A DNA stretch of 49,866 bases from Candidatus Woesebacteria bacterium RIFCSPLOWO2_01_FULL_39_10 (GCA_001793015.1 MGHC01000026.1:13829-63694), one strand, 5' to 3'; counted from the first letter of the stretch, positions 1-9,930 are shown. The notes: a model not told the origin generated them from the sequence alone. Made by a program: numbers and translations.

Positions 1-596
1 TCCGCAACAGGGGCTTCCTCGGGAACTGCAACTACTTCTTCCTTTTCTTCGTGCGGGGGTTCGACCTTCACAAGTATTTGTTCTACATCTGTTTTAACTT
101 CCACTTTTTTACCATCAATGGGTAGATCTTTTACTAAAACACTCTGGTCTACCTCGACTAAACTTGCGAGGTTAATCTCAAACTTATCAGGTAAATCTGT
201 TGGAAGAGCTTCTACTTCAATCTCATCAATATACTGAACAACTGTTCCAAGCCCCTGTTTTTCAGCAGGAGCCTCGCCTACTAATTCAACTGGAATTTGG
301 GCTGTGACTTTACTTTTAAGGTCAACTTGCAAAAAATCTACATGAAGTGCCGAATCACTTACTGGATCAAGCTGTAAGTTGTGGATAAGAACCGGTCTCT
401 TTTCCCCATTAACCTGGAGTTCTACCAACCCCGTCTCCCCAACCTCTTTATAAACCTTTTGAAATTCAGCTAAGTTTACCTGAACTGATTGTGACTTTAC
501 CTTTTTACCAAATATATTTGCCGGAAGGATTCCTTCACTACGTAATTTTTTTACTTTCCTTCCTTCAATTGATCTTTTTTCTGCCTTGAGATTCAT
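1..596 (-). CDS. rplY: 50S ribosomal protein L25/Ctc (C-terminal end runs off the window)
   Basis: Absent from the ORF track because it is open at the window edge. Reverse-complement translation from the ATG at 596-594 gives MNLKAEKRSIEGRKVKKLRSEGILPANIFGKKVKSQSVQVNLAEFQKVYKEVGETGLVELQVNGEKRPVLIHNLQLDPVSDSALHVDFLQV... I found no stop in the stretches I translated (both ends; the last codons read PPHEEKEEVVAVPEEAPVA). The N-terminal RK..KKLR..G..PA..FG pattern is typical of L25/Ctc. Confidence 0.8.
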   Translation of the reverse strand, partial: MNLKAEKRSIEGRKVKKLRSEGILPANIFGKKVKSQSVQVNLAEFQKVYKEVGETGLVELQVNGEKRPVLIHNLQLDPVSDSALHVDFLQVDLKSKVTAQIPVELVGEAPAEKQGLGTVVQYIDEIEVEALPTDLPDKFEINLASLVEVDQSVLVKDLPIDGKKVEVKTDVEQILVKVEPPHEEKEEVVAVPEEAPVA

Positions 597-609
597 TCTA
601 TTTTTCCTT

Positions 610-3501
610 TTACCAAGTTAAGTTTAAAAACTTATCTTGGGACAATGTTGTATTATACTCAAAGCTATCCCCATCGGTCAAGGTAAATGGTTCTTTTGAT
701 GAAAATATTAATTCATGAGGATGGGAAATTCTTATTTTTATAGGGTATTCAGCAATTCCAGATTGCTTTCTCCATAAAAGTTTATATTCTCCCCCTTGCT
801 TGTATGTGTGAGTCGACCCACTCTCCCATTTAAATATAACCGCTTTCACTTCACGGGCTGGTATTTCAACAAATACACCAACCTCTTTGAAGCCACGAAC
901 TCCTTTCGACTCCAGATCTTTTTTCTCAGTCTCCCTACTTACAATTTCAACCGGTTCAAAACCGCTGTCAAAAGTTGTAATCAATCGAAGGTAAGTCAAG
1001 TAATTGATATCGGAGTCATTATCCAAAAACAAAATGATTTTTCTTTTTACAAGATTTTCTTCTAAAGAAACTTCGAGCTCTGCCTCTCGTTTTACACCCA
1101 AACTACTTCCCTCTTTTACCGATTCTATCAGAGCTACAAAATCAGAGAAACAGTTTTCAAAACAACTACTTTGAGTCAAAGCTCCGTCCCAACCAAGGCT
1201 TGAAACAGCTTTTTGAGTATTTTGATCTTTAACAAAAACCTGAACGTTTTTGTTTTCTAAACCCTTTAAAATTATCTTTAAAATTTTTATCTTATTTCTC
1301 TTGTCTACATTTCTTGTATTTAACAATCCGCGTAAGATCGCTGTTGAAAAAAACTCCGTATCCTGAGAAAGGTTTGTCTTATTATCTTTCAAACGAGTTA
1401 AGAACTCATAATTCACTTCCTCCTCATCTCCCTCAATCTGGATGCCACCCAGAGAAGAAATAATGTCTCCCACAAAAGTCCCATCAACCGAAACAACACC
1501 ATCAATTCTCTCGTCCAATTCCTTATCTAAAAACCATTCGACCTGACTAGCGGTTGTAGGAAAATCTGGATCCCAACTAGCATCCTGTAAATACCAGGTT
1601 GAAGCATCAAAGTATTTTCTTAAAGGGCTTGGCGGGTCAATTTGTCCGACTAATTTACTGTCCGCCAATCCTGTATCATAAACACGTAAGTTGGTCATTT
1701 TTAAATTTTCAAAAGTGAAAATGCCAAAATTTTCAATTGTTCCCCCACTTCCTCTAGCTTGATTATTATTCTGGAAAAGTAGCGCGTATTTCTTGGGAGA
1801 TTCTTTACCAAGAACACCACTTGCTTCTTTAAATACGTTACTTAGTTTTAACGATTTATCTCTTAGGATCTTTATGTCCAAATCCCCAACAATCCAATTC
1901 GACACAATCTTTGTAAGTGCACTCGAAGATTGAAGTTCACCCCCAAGGAAGCCAAGTTCTCTATAAATATTCTCCAGTTCCAAATAAATTGTCTCTGAAT
2001 ATTCTACCCCCTCGGAAGGCTCACCCCCCAAAACACCGCCGGTAAGTTTGAGAAAGTTTTCCATGAGAGAAATCGTTTCCACTCCTATGTCTACCTCCTT
2101 TGTAACTACGGTTGAAGTCTCACCAACCTTTTTATATAACCCCCCCACTAAAGGAATTTTATTCATCAGTTGGGAGTAGTTACTTGCGGCATTTGAAAAA
2201 AAAGATGAAACTTTTAGTTGTCTACTTGAAGTAGTAAGGTACCCCATTGGTAATGTAAGTTTAGTTAAAAGTATAAATAAAATTGAGACGCTTATAAAAA
2301 TTGCTGGAGCGAGAAAAAGTAGAAAAATAAAAAATGCTAATAATTTTTTTTGTCGCTTAATGTTTTCAAAATTAAAAACGTGGATAAAAGATATCTTTTG
2401 CAAAAAAAAGGGCGTTTTAGTAAGACTTTTTTGTACTTCTATGGATTTTTTATCCGCCTTCGCAGAAAATCCTGAGCGAATTCGAAGGAATGAATGCGAA
2501 GAGTTTTTCGCTTCGGAGGATTTTGCTCCGACGAAGCGAGAGGAGAAGATACCACTGGCGTCAGCCAGTGGAGCTTCATTTTTGACTTTTCCTGTGTAGT
2601 CTTTCTTTTCAAGGCGGCTATATAATGGGGGCGTGGGTTTTTGTATCAATATATTTTCCTGCGCCCGAAAAGCGTTTTGGTATGCTTTCGAGAGTAGCGT
2701 TTTTTTCTTTTCGTAAACATATATCTTTTCGTCAACTTCGGGCTGAAATACTAAACCCTTTTCTGATGAAAAAGTAATTGAATAATAAGGGTTTATTTTT
2801 CTAAAATACAATTCTAGCTCTTTGCTAGAAACCTTCTTTCCTAATATTGCAATCTTTTTTCCAAAAGCTTTTAGAGAAAAAAGATAACGAAGTAAATGGG
2901 GCGCGGCCTTTTCAATACTGAGAGGGTAAAACAAATGGCTTTTGGTAACTACAGTTATTATCTGTCTTCCGACCGCTTCTTGAAAGAACTCTTGTAATAA
3001 GGCGTAAAGGTCTCTATCAAAAGTTTGAGGAATCAGTTCTCCTAAAAAGACTCCGGCGACATTAAGTTTATCGTTATTAATAATTTGGTTAGCTAAATTG
3101 AATTGCCCTTCGTGTGTCTTAAGTTTTGTCGAATAGGGCAAAACAAATACCGTTTTTGACTCGGTTTTGGTTGCAACACTTTCTGCAAGTCTTATTTTTT
3201 CTAAATCATGCTGAACTAACTTTTTGTGAGGATTATGCAGAGTCGAAGACAATAAAAGACAGATCGTGTATGCAGAATTGTATTTATAGATACTTTCTAG
3301 ACTAGATCCGCAAGATATAATTTCAACATTGTTTACGTCTGCAAACTTTTTATTCCACTCGCCAACTCCGTGCGCGATAATTATTGGGGTACAATTTTTC
3401 TCGATAAGCCGAAACACGACCTCCTTCGATAACAGGTTAAATTCTGAAATTACTAAAACTTTTGGGTTGTTCCTGCTGAAAGAATCTTTTCCTGTCGCCA
3501 T
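610..3501 (-). CDS. Membrane protein with a C-terminal DUF4012-type domain and an N-terminal Rossmann-like cytoplasmic domain
   Basis: ORF track, 963 aa. One TM helix (LLAFFIFLLFLAPAIFISVSILFILL) is followed by a DUF4012-like core (YALLFQNNNQARGSGGTIENFGIFTF). The N-terminus KVLVISEFNLLSKEVVFRLIEKN looks like a degenerate NAD-binding fold. The linker (aa about 305-350) is encoded by GC-rich repeat copy A. Confidence 0.6.
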   Translation of the reverse strand: MATGKDSFSRNNPKVLVISEFNLLSKEVVFRLIEKNCTPIIIAHGVGEWNKKFADVNNVEIISCGSSLESIYKYNSAYTICLLLSSTLHNPHKKLVQHDLEKIRLAESVATKTESKTVFVLPYSTKLKTHEGQFNLANQIINNDKLNVAGVFLGELIPQTFDRDLYALLQEFFQEAVGRQIITVVTKSHLFYPLSIEKAAPHLLRYLFSLKAFGKKIAILGKKVSSKELELYFRKINPYYSITFSSEKGLVFQPEVDEKIYVYEKKKTLLSKAYQNAFRAQENILIQKPTPPLYSRLEKKDYTGKVKNEAPLADASGIFSSRFVGAKSSEAKNSSHSFLRIRSGFSAKADKKSIEVQKSLTKTPFFLQKISFIHVFNFENIKRQKKLLAFFIFLLFLAPAIFISVSILFILLTKLTLPMGYLTTSSRQLKVSSFFSNAASNYSQLMNKIPLVGGLYKKVGETSTVVTKEVDIGVETISLMENFLKLTGGVLGGEPSEGVEYSETIYLELENIYRELGFLGGELQSSSALTKIVSNWIVGDLDIKILRDKSLKLSNVFKEASGVLGKESPKKYALLFQNNNQARGSGGTIENFGIFTFENLKMTNLRVYDTGLADSKLVGQIDPPSPLRKYFDASTWYLQDASWDPDFPTTASQVEWFLDKELDERIDGVVSVDGTFVGDIISSLGGIQIEGDEEEVNYEFLTRLKDNKTNLSQDTEFFSTAILRGLLNTRNVDKRNKIKILKIILKGLENKNVQVFVKDQNTQKAVSSLGWDGALTQSSCFENCFSDFVALIESVKEGSSLGVKREAELEVSLEENLVKRKIILFLDNDSDINYLTYLRLITTFDSGFEPVEIVSRETEKKDLESKGVRGFKEVGVFVEIPAREVKAVIFKWESGSTHTYKQGGEYKLLWRKQSGIAEYPIKIRISHPHELIFSSKEPFTLTDGDSFEYNTTLSQDKFLNLTW
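2451..2593 (+). repeat. GC-rich hairpin repeat, copy A (inside the 963-aa ORF)
   Basis: Shares tatccNccttcgc ... gattNNgctccNgacgaagcg ... gagaagatacc-[8 bp stem, 4 nt loop]-agcttcat-N-ttttcct with copy B (32638-32816). It shares only the 3-prime module with copy C (33266-33312). The stem is CCACTGGC/GCCAGTGG at 2552-2571 with loop GTCA. Confidence 0.7.
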
Positions 3502-3636
3502 TACCGTTTAATACTAATGTAGTTAATAAAGGTTTACAATCTATCCTTTACAAATTAAGTACTTTAATAGACTAAAGCATGAAGACTTAATAATTTTCAA
3601 GTGACAAAAAGACTAAAACTTCTGGTTGACGTGAAA

Positions 3637-4062
3637 TTACATTGGGTTTTCATCAAGTTTTAAATTTACAAGTTTGTCGGCAAGTTTATTTTTCTCTCTT
3701 CTGACAATGTTATATTTTATTTCTACGTCGGTTATCCTTTTTTCCAATGCTTTTATTTTAATTATTAACAACTTTAGCTTTTCACTTTTTACTTTATATA
3801 AGCCGGTTACCTGGCGGACCACCAATTCCGAATCAAGAAAAAATGAAATTTTACTATTTTGAAAAAGTTTCTGGTTATCGACAAGCCAGGAAAGGGCCAT
3901 TGCTAACGCTTTATATTCTGCTTCATTATTCGTAGCTATTCCTAAAAATTCCGAATGTTTAATTAACACCCCACCGTCTTTTAATACAACAAACGCCGCT
4001 GCCGCAGGACCCGGATTTCCCCTTGCACCTCCATCTGTATAAATTTTGGAAATATCCTGCAT
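3637..4062 (-). CDS. rnhA: Ribonuclease HI
   Basis: 141 aa. IYTDGGARGNPGPAAAAFVV, NNEAEYKALAMAL, DSELVVRQ and NKLADKL match the RNase H1 catalytic pattern. Confidence 0.85.
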   Translation of the reverse strand: MQDISKIYTDGGARGNPGPAAAAFVVLKDGGVLIKHSEFLGIATNNEAEYKALAMALSWLVDNQKLFQNSKISFFLDSELVVRQVTGLYKVKSEKLKLLIIKIKALEKRITDVEIKYNIVRREKNKLADKLVNLKLDENPM

Positions 4063-4100
4063 ACTTTTAGTCTACCATTAAAATATAGCTTTGAAGCCTG

Positions 4101-4592
4101 CTACTTGAGGTTGATTACTAAATACCGATCGCTTCCTTCTCCTTGGGATTCTGTTTGAATTTCTGAATCTTCTGATAGCACAAGGTGAATAATTCTTCTT
4201 TGGGAAGGAGCCAAATTATATAAATATTGGGGTTCCCCGGTTGCCTTCGCTCGTTCAGCGGCTTGTATGGCTAGTTTTTTTAACCGATCTTCTTCTTTTT
4301 CTCTCCAATCAGATGTGTTTACAAGAATTCTTACCCACTCGCCCGTTTCGCGCCTAACCATCATTCCTAAAAGCGTCTGGATTGCTTGAAGATTTTTTCC
4401 CCTATTGCCGATAATTAAACCCGTTTCCTCTCCAGCTTCAATATCTATTAGAATTCCCTTGTTTTCTTTATCTTCTGTAACTTTCGCCTTAGCTTTTGTT
4501 CCCAAAAGAGTAAGAAGTTTACCAGAAAGCTCTTCTACTAAATTTACAACGCTAACTTCTTCTTTTGTTTTCTTGGTTTTTTTTGTTCCCAT
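4101..4592 (-). CDS. jag: Jag/KhpB-like RNA-binding protein (KH plus R3H)
   Basis: 163 aa. It has a KH-like GNRGKNLQAIQTLLGMMV and a C-terminal R3H-like SQRRIIHLVLSEDSEIQTESQGEG. It sits in the conserved position after yidC. Confidence 0.75.
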   Translation of the reverse strand: MGTKKTKKTKEEVSVVNLVEELSGKLLTLLGTKAKAKVTEDKENKGILIDIEAGEETGLIIGNRGKNLQAIQTLLGMMVRRETGEWVRILVNTSDWREKEEDRLKKLAIQAAERAKATGEPQYLYNLAPSQRRIIHLVLSEDSEIQTESQGEGSDRYLVINLK

Positions 4593-4619
4593 TTATTTTA
4601 GGGCCTTGCCTTTTAGGCG

Positions 4620-5432
4620 TCATGATTGTACCAGTTTTAACTTATTTATCCAAGGACTTAAGCCTCCCCACCCCTGCATTCTCACTTGTTGAATTCCTTG
4701 AGAAAGCGAGAAGATAAACCAGTACAGTGCAAGTCCTGATGCAAACTGCATACCGATTAATAGAGTAAACAAGGGAAAAGTGTAAGTCATTGATTTTTGC
4801 ATCGCAACCTGAAAGTCGTCCGACGACTCTTTCGTTTTCTTAGCAATTTTTTCCTCAACTTTTGTATACGGAGCCATAACTTTGGCCGATAGAAACTGGA
4901 CGATAGCCGACAGAATTAATATTGGTCCTGGTATAGGAAAGGGTAAAAAAGGAAAGTTAACTATGTCTGGTTTAGTTATATCAAGGTAAAGAAATGAGGT
5001 GTTTACCTTTTCTTCTTGCGCAAACTTTAGAGGCTCATACAAAAGTTCGTTGAACTTTGCTGCCGGATCTACGTCGACAACCAAAGTTCTCGTAAAGACA
5101 TTAAAAAAGGCAATTAATATTACTATTTGCAAGAGGTAGGGGAGACATCCTGCTCCCGGGTTAACTCCCTTTTCTTTATAAAGATCTGCCTGGGCTTGAG
5201 CGAGTTTTACTTTGTCTCCTTTGTGTCTTTCTTTCAATTTATCAAGTTGGGGGGCAAAATCTTTCATTTTCTTCATCGACTCCATATACGGACGTGTAAG
5301 GGGGTTCAAAATAAATCGAAGTAATAAGGAAAAACCAATAATTGCAAGCCCCATATTTTCAAAAAGTAGGCGGTAGGTAAGTATTAATCCGTTCGCTAAG
5401 GGCTGTATTAAAAGGCTGGTAAAAATATTCAT
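4620..5432 (-). CDS. yidC: Membrane protein insertase YidC (short, Gram-positive-like form)
   Basis: 270 aa and multi-TM, with KKMKDFAPQLDKLKERHKGDKVKLAQAQADLYKEKGVNPGAGCLP. It follows the rnpA-yidD-yidC-jag synteny. Confidence 0.9.
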   Translation of the reverse strand: MNIFTSLLIQPLANGLILTYRLLFENMGLAIIGFSLLLRFILNPLTRPYMESMKKMKDFAPQLDKLKERHKGDKVKLAQAQADLYKEKGVNPGAGCLPYLLQIVILIAFFNVFTRTLVVDVDPAAKFNELLYEPLKFAQEEKVNTSFLYLDITKPDIVNFPFLPFPIPGPILILSAIVQFLSAKVMAPYTKVEEKIAKKTKESSDDFQVAMQKSMTYTFPLFTLLIGMQFASGLALYWFIFSLSQGIQQVRMQGWGGLSPWINKLKLVQS

Positions 5433-5456
5433 AAATTTATAATATTTATTTTATTG

Positions 5457-5705
5457 TTAACTTCTTCGCATTTGGGGTTGAAACCGTGGAACAGGATCGT
5501 AAAAACCTGAAGATAGGGAGTTGCATCGAAGAAATCTTCGGGTCGCAAGAAATCCCCCTTTTAGTACGCCGTATTTGTTAATTGATTCCATTGCGTACTC
5601 GCTACACGTAGGATAAAATCTGCAGCCGCCTCCTAACAACTTTTCGAGTATTGGTGATAAAACCTTTTTATAAACCTTTAAAATCATGACAAGTATAAAT
5701 TTCAT
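5457..5705 (-). CDS. yidD: Membrane protein insertion efficiency factor YidD
   Basis: 82 aa, with the family signature CRFYPTCSEYAMESINKYG. Confidence 0.9.
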   Translation of the reverse strand: MKFILVMILKVYKKVLSPILEKLLGGGCRFYPTCSEYAMESINKYGVLKGGFLATRRFLRCNSLSSGFYDPVPRFQPQMRRS

Positions 5706-5800
5706 TTTAGAGACAGGTTTTTTATGACATCCTCCCCGCTCTGAAGAGCGGTGTTTCCTCTAAAGGAGGACGACATATCAGAGCTCAATTCGTCCCCGCC

Positions 5801-6154
5801 TTAAAAGGGTGGGGTTTTCTTGAGATCTGCTATAAACCTTTCAACTTCTCTCATAATTTCTTCCGTGGACTTCGAAGCAATACTTTTCTTTGTTAGAATT
5901 ACAACGTCCCACCCCATAGGGGTTATTGATAAATTCCTTCGTACGCCTTCATTAAATGCTCTTGAAATTCTGTTTCTATGAACGGCAAGCTTTGAAACTT
6001 TTGTCGAAATTACAAAAGCAAATTGAGACGGCTCCTTGTCGTCTCTTTTCAATACAACCGTTCCAAAATTCTCACTTTGAAGAAGTTTACCCTCCTTCTT
6101 CACCTGCTCTATCCTTTTACTGCTTTTTATTCGATGTTCATTGGCAAGTATCAT
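5801..6154 (-). CDS. rnpA: Ribonuclease P protein component
   Basis: 117 aa, basic, immediately downstream of rpmH. It contains KLAVHRNRISRAFNEGVRR, which resembles the RNR motif. Confidence 0.85.
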   Translation of the reverse strand: MILANEHRIKSSKRIEQVKKEGKLLQSENFGTVVLKRDDKEPSQFAFVISTKVSKLAVHRNRISRAFNEGVRRNLSITPMGWDVVILTKKSIASKSTEEIMREVERFIADLKKTPPF

Positions 6155-6162
6155 AGCAGGTG

Positions 6163-6297
6163 TTACAGCCTTTCTCTTCCTTTCCTGACTCGTCGTTTCG
6201 AAACTTTTTTTCCTGATTTAGTTGAAATTCTTTTTCTAAATCCATGTGTCCGGGCTTTCTTCCTCTTACTTGGTTGGTAGGTTCTTTTAGTACTCAT
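6163..6297 (-). CDS. rpmH: 50S ribosomal protein L34
   Basis: Below the ORF-track size cutoff. The reverse-complement translation is [44 protein letters not shown] (44 aa), followed by TAA at 6165-6163. Confidence 0.9.
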   Translation of the reverse strand: MSTKRTYQPSKRKKARTHGFRKRISTKSGKKVSKRRVRKGRERL

Positions 6298-6441
6298 GTT
6301 TATTTCGTATTAGGGATCAACATTAAAGATTATATAGATTCAAACTTGGATTGTCCATTCGTTTTTTTAAAGTTAGCTACAGACCAACGCTTAATCTAAA
6401 GGAAGAACTAAGGGTTTCGGTATTTTTGGGGGTTGACGCGT

Positions 6442-6450
6442 TGTGGATAA
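6442..6450 (-). promoter_or_regulatory. Perfect DnaA box (TGTGGATAA, the complement of TTATCCACA) in the rpmH-dnaA spacer
   Basis: Exact 9-mer read at 6442-6450, 187 nt upstream of the dnaA start. Confidence 0.7.
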
Positions 6451-6486
6451 CTTTTTTAATATAGTGAACACAGTAAGCATATCAAT

Positions 6487-6540
6487 CTTGTTTATCGTGC
6501 GAAGTACGCTGAGCATGACAAACTTTGTTTATCATGCGAA
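6487..6540 (+). repeat. Two copies of a 17-nt direct repeat (cttgtttatcgtgcgaa / tttgtttatcatgcgaa) upstream of dnaA
   Basis: The copies are at 6487-6503 and 6524-6540 and differ at 2 of 17 positions. Both contain a TTATC core, so they could be degenerate DnaA boxes or an operator. Confidence 0.5.
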
Positions 6541-6636
6541 CAGCAAGAGAACTACGGCCCAGTTAGTATTCAGTTGTTGTAGAAATATTCTGCTCTGCCG
6601 AATTTTTCGGTTCTTTAGACCTAACCTTATTCTATT

Positions 6637-8007
6637 ATGGACGATGTTGATAAAAAGAAAGTTTGGAATGAAGTTTTAGAAAGCATAAAAGTAAGCGTTT
6701 CTTCTGCAATTTTTACAACTTGGTTTGCACAAACATACCTCGCAACTTTAGTAAAAGATAAAGAAAAATATATTGCAGAAATAGGGTGCGCGTCTAGCTT
6801 TGTTAAAACAACAATTGAAACAAGATATTTTGGGTTAATTCAAGACTATCTAACTGAGTCTCTTGGATCAAAATGTGATCTTCTAATTATCGTAAAAGAA
6901 AACCCTGACAAAAGGATTGTCGATGAGGCCGTGATCCCTCTTTTTGGCAATGTAAACAAAAACGAGCAAGATATGCTTGAGGCAGCTAGGAGATTAGGAC
7001 TTCGTCCGGGATTTACTTTTGCTAACTTTGCTGTTTCTTCATCTAACCAAATGGCTCACGCTGCGGCAGAAGCCGTCTCCACGGACATTGGAAACGCCTA
7101 TAACCCTCTTTTTATTTGGGGTGGTGTCGGGATCGGTAAAACACACCTTATGCATGCGATCGGCCACAAAGCCTTGGGTGGAAACCTTACATTAAATATT
7201 TACTCCTGTACTGGAGAACAGTTTACTAATGACATAGTTGAAGGTATACGAAATAAAACTACAGCTAGCGTCAGGCAAAAATACAGAAAGCTTAAGTGCC
7301 TGCTTGTTGACGACATACAATTTATTGCCGGCAAGGATACCGTACAGGAAGAATTTTTCCACACGTTCAACGCTCTTGTCTCAAACGGAAGCCAGGTCGT
7401 TTTAACTTCCGATAAAGCACCTAATGAAATTTCTAAACTGGAAGAACGTCTGAAAAGCCGTTTTGAGGCTGGTTTAATAGTTGATATTGCACCTCCAGAT
7501 TTTGAATTACGGTGTGCTATTACTCAAATCAAGGCAAAACAAAGGGGTCTGGAAATTCCTATGGACATGGTTCAACTAATCGCTGGAAACATAGAAACAC
7601 CAAGAAAGATTGAGGGGCTTTTAACAAAGCTCGTCTCTGAAGTAAAGCTAAGAGGCAAAGAAATTACTCCTGAAACTATTGAAGGACTACTAGGTAAAGA
7701 CGGGGAAGAGAACGGAAAGCCTATCAAAGCAAACCCGAATGATGTTATTTCTGCTGTTTCAAAATATTATTCTTTAGGTAAACACTCGCTTCTTGGTGCT
7801 TCGAGACGTCGTCCTGTTGCAAGACCCAGACAACTTCTAATGTATTTATTAAGGATTTATCTCGGGCTTCCACTTCAGGAGGTTGGGAGATTGGTCGGAA
7901 ACCGGGACCACACCACTGTAATGCATGCTGTTAATACAATAACCCATTTAGCCTCGAGTAATGTGGGTATTCGTGAGGATTTAAGGGGGATAAAAAATAT
8001 GCTTTGA
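6637..8007 (+). CDS. dnaA: Chromosomal replication initiator DnaA
   Basis: 456 aa. It has Walker A GGVGIGKTHLMHAIG, Walker B LLVDDIQF, and a C-terminal DNA-binding region with GNRDHTTVMHAVN. Confidence 0.95.
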   Translation: MDDVDKKKVWNEVLESIKVSVSSAIFTTWFAQTYLATLVKDKEKYIAEIGCASSFVKTTIETRYFGLIQDYLTESLGSKCDLLIIVKENPDKRIVDEAVIPLFGNVNKNEQDMLEAARRLGLRPGFTFANFAVSSSNQMAHAAAEAVSTDIGNAYNPLFIWGGVGIGKTHLMHAIGHKALGGNLTLNIYSCTGEQFTNDIVEGIRNKTTASVRQKYRKLKCLLVDDIQFIAGKDTVQEEFFHTFNALVSNGSQVVLTSDKAPNEISKLEERLKSRFEAGLIVDIAPPDFELRCAITQIKAKQRGLEIPMDMVQLIAGNIETPRKIEGLLTKLVSEVKLRGKEITPETIEGLLGKDGEENGKPIKANPNDVISAVSKYYSLGKHSLLGASRRRPVARPRQLLMYLLRIYLGLPLQEVGRLVGNRDHTTVMHAVNTITHLASSNVGIREDLRGIKNML

Positions 8008-8032
8008 GGATTCCTTGTTAGATATATTCCAC

Positions 8033-8141
8033 ATATCCACAAAAAACACTAACTTATCCACTTTTTTATGCACATTTCACTACGTTCAATGTAAACAATT
8101 TACTTCGAGCTTTCCTGAAGAGAGAAGTCCACTTATCCACC
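8033..8141 (+). promoter_or_regulatory. DnaA-box cluster in the dnaA-dnaN spacer (candidate oriC)
   Basis: ATATCCACA lies at 8033-8041, TTATCCACT at 8054-8062 and TTATCCACC at 8133-8141. Each is one mismatch from TTATCCACA and all share one orientation. An AT-rich stretch follows at 8150-8200. Confidence 0.65.
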
Positions 8142-8230
8142 GTCCCTACTACTAGTACTACTATATTTTTTAGATAAAAACTCACAAAGGACTAGACATG
8201 TAATCCTTACTATATTAGTATACGTTTACA

Positions 8231-9352
8231 ATGAAGGTCCAGGTACTTCAGGAAAATTTATCAGAAGCTCTATCGTTTTGTTCTCGTTTTGCGGGTTCAC
8301 GTATTCAACTACCAGTTCTAGCCAATATTCTTCTGAAAACTAATAAAAATAAACTCCTTGTTGCCTCAACTAATTTAGAAATTTCAGTTTCCATTTCTAT
8401 CGGAGCCAAAGTTACAAAAGAGGGAGAAATTACTGTACCTGCAAGAACTATTACAGATGTAGTTTCAAATTTAGGTGCTGGCCAAATCAATATAGAAGTA
8501 GATAAAGAATTAGTTAAAGTAACAACAAACGACTTCGAATCAAGTATTTCTGGTATGAATTCAGCGGACTTTCCAGTAATTCCTCATGAGTTGGGATTAA
8601 ATTCATTACAGCTTCCAAGTAAAGACTTCACGAAAGCTTTATCTAACGTATTATTTGCGGTTTCTAATGATGAAACACGTCCTGTTTTAACAGGAGTTCT
8701 CACTATTTTCAAAAGTAACGAAATAACGCTTGTCGCAACCGACGGCTTTCGTCTCTCCCAAAAAAAGCTTCAACTAAAGGGAGATAAGGAAGAAAAAAGG
8801 GTAATTTTGCCAAAAAACGCCCTTTCAGAATTATCTAGGTTGTCAGGCGCAGAGGACTCAATCGCTTTTTCATTCAAAAAAAACGAAAACCAGGTTCTTT
8901 TGGGAGTAGGAAACTCAACCTTAGCAACGAGAGTTATAGAAGGAGAATTTCCTGATTTTGAGAGAATTATTCCAAAAGAAACGAAAATTAAGGTTTTTGT
9001 AGACAAGGAAGAACTGTTGCGGGCAGTTAAACTTGCCTCAGTTTTTGCACGAGACGCAGGTAACGTAGTAAAAGTATTTATAAGGGAAGATTCGATTGAA
9101 CTTTCTGCAGAAAGTCAGACTTCAGGAAGTCAAAAGACGAAAGTCGAGGCAAAAGTAGAAACTGATATTTTAAAAAAGGGTACAGACTTTGTTATTGCTT
9201 TTAATTATCGTTTCCTGGAGGAATTTTTAAATACTGTAGGAGGGGAGGAAGTTCAATTGGAACTTTCAGATCCTAACGCCCCTGCACTTTTTTTGGACCC
9301 TAAAGACACAAACTTTCTTCATATTATAATGCCGGTAAGACTTCAAGCTTAA
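8231..9352 (+). CDS. dnaN: DNA polymerase III beta sliding clamp
   Basis: 373 aa, the usual three-domain length. It sits directly after dnaA and ends IIMPVRLQA. Confidence 0.9.
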   Translation: MKVQVLQENLSEALSFCSRFAGSRIQLPVLANILLKTNKNKLLVASTNLEISVSISIGAKVTKEGEITVPARTITDVVSNLGAGQINIEVDKELVKVTTNDFESSISGMNSADFPVIPHELGLNSLQLPSKDFTKALSNVLFAVSNDETRPVLTGVLTIFKSNEITLVATDGFRLSQKKLQLKGDKEEKRVILPKNALSELSRLSGAEDSIAFSFKKNENQVLLGVGNSTLATRVIEGEFPDFERIIPKETKIKVFVDKEELLRAVKLASVFARDAGNVVKVFIREDSIELSAESQTSGSQKTKVEAKVETDILKKGTDFVIAFNYRFLEEFLNTVGGEEVQLELSDPNAPALFLDPKDTNFLHIIMPVRLQA

Positions 9353-9357
9353 CTTTT

Positions 9358-9930
9358 TTAATAGCCTTGTTGAACTGGAAGGTTTAAAGAGTAATTGGGT
9401 GCGTATTTTTGCATAAAAGTATTGAGATTGGTGGGTTGAAAATACCAAACTTCAATTACAGTTCCGTCTTGATGACCCAGATAAGCGATTCCTTTTTCAG
9501 GGTAGACAAAAAGAAAAAAAGTACTACTATATGAAGTCTGATCAAAAAGCTTATAAGGAGGTTCTCCATATTTTTGCTTCAAAACCTGACTACTAATTTT
9601 ATCTTCCAGTGTAACTATTTCCTTAACTAGGATAACTGTATTATTTTCCAGAGTAAATTTGTGTGGTACAAATGGACTTGTCGACTGATATTCTAATATT
9701 TTCTTGTCAGCTTCGGTTTTTGTGTTTAAAGGATTACCCAATTTATCAATTACTTCTTTTTCACTACTTATCCCAGGAACGATTGATTTATAACTTGCGC
9801 CCCCTTGAGGCGCAGTAGTAAGTTTTTCTTCAATAGGAGTTGTTCTAGCTAGAACAACTGCACTTATTAAAACCACCAGAATTAAAACAACAAATTTATA
9901 TTTCAAAAAAGTAGATAAAAGTTTTCTCAT
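9358..9930 (-). CDS. Hypothetical membrane-anchored exported protein (last gene of the minus-strand locus)
   Basis: 190 aa with a single N-terminal TM helix (FVVLILVVLISAVVLA). I recognise no family. Confidence 0.5.
   Translation of the reverse strand: MRKLLSTFLKYKFVVLILVVLISAVVLARTTPIEEKLTTAPQGGASYKSIVPGISSEKEVIDKLGNPLNTKTEADKKILEYQSTSPFVPHKFTLENNTVILVKEIVTLEDKISSQVLKQKYGEPPYKLFDQTSYSSTFFLFVYPEKGIAYLGHQDGTVIEVWYFQPTNLNTFMQKYAPNYSLNLPVQQGY

Noticed and set aside
796-3511. Plus-strand ORFs 796-1065, 2360-2599 and 3329-3511 inside the 963-aa minus-strand gene. Similar antisense ORFs occur inside other long genes, for example 10843-11556, 12218-12554, 13663-14824, 16099-16425, 23178-27654, 31440-32241, 37542-38872 and 45425-45721.
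   Set aside because: Each lies wholly within and antisense to (or out of frame with) a much longer ORF that has recognisable domains. Their translations are low-complexity and show no motifs.
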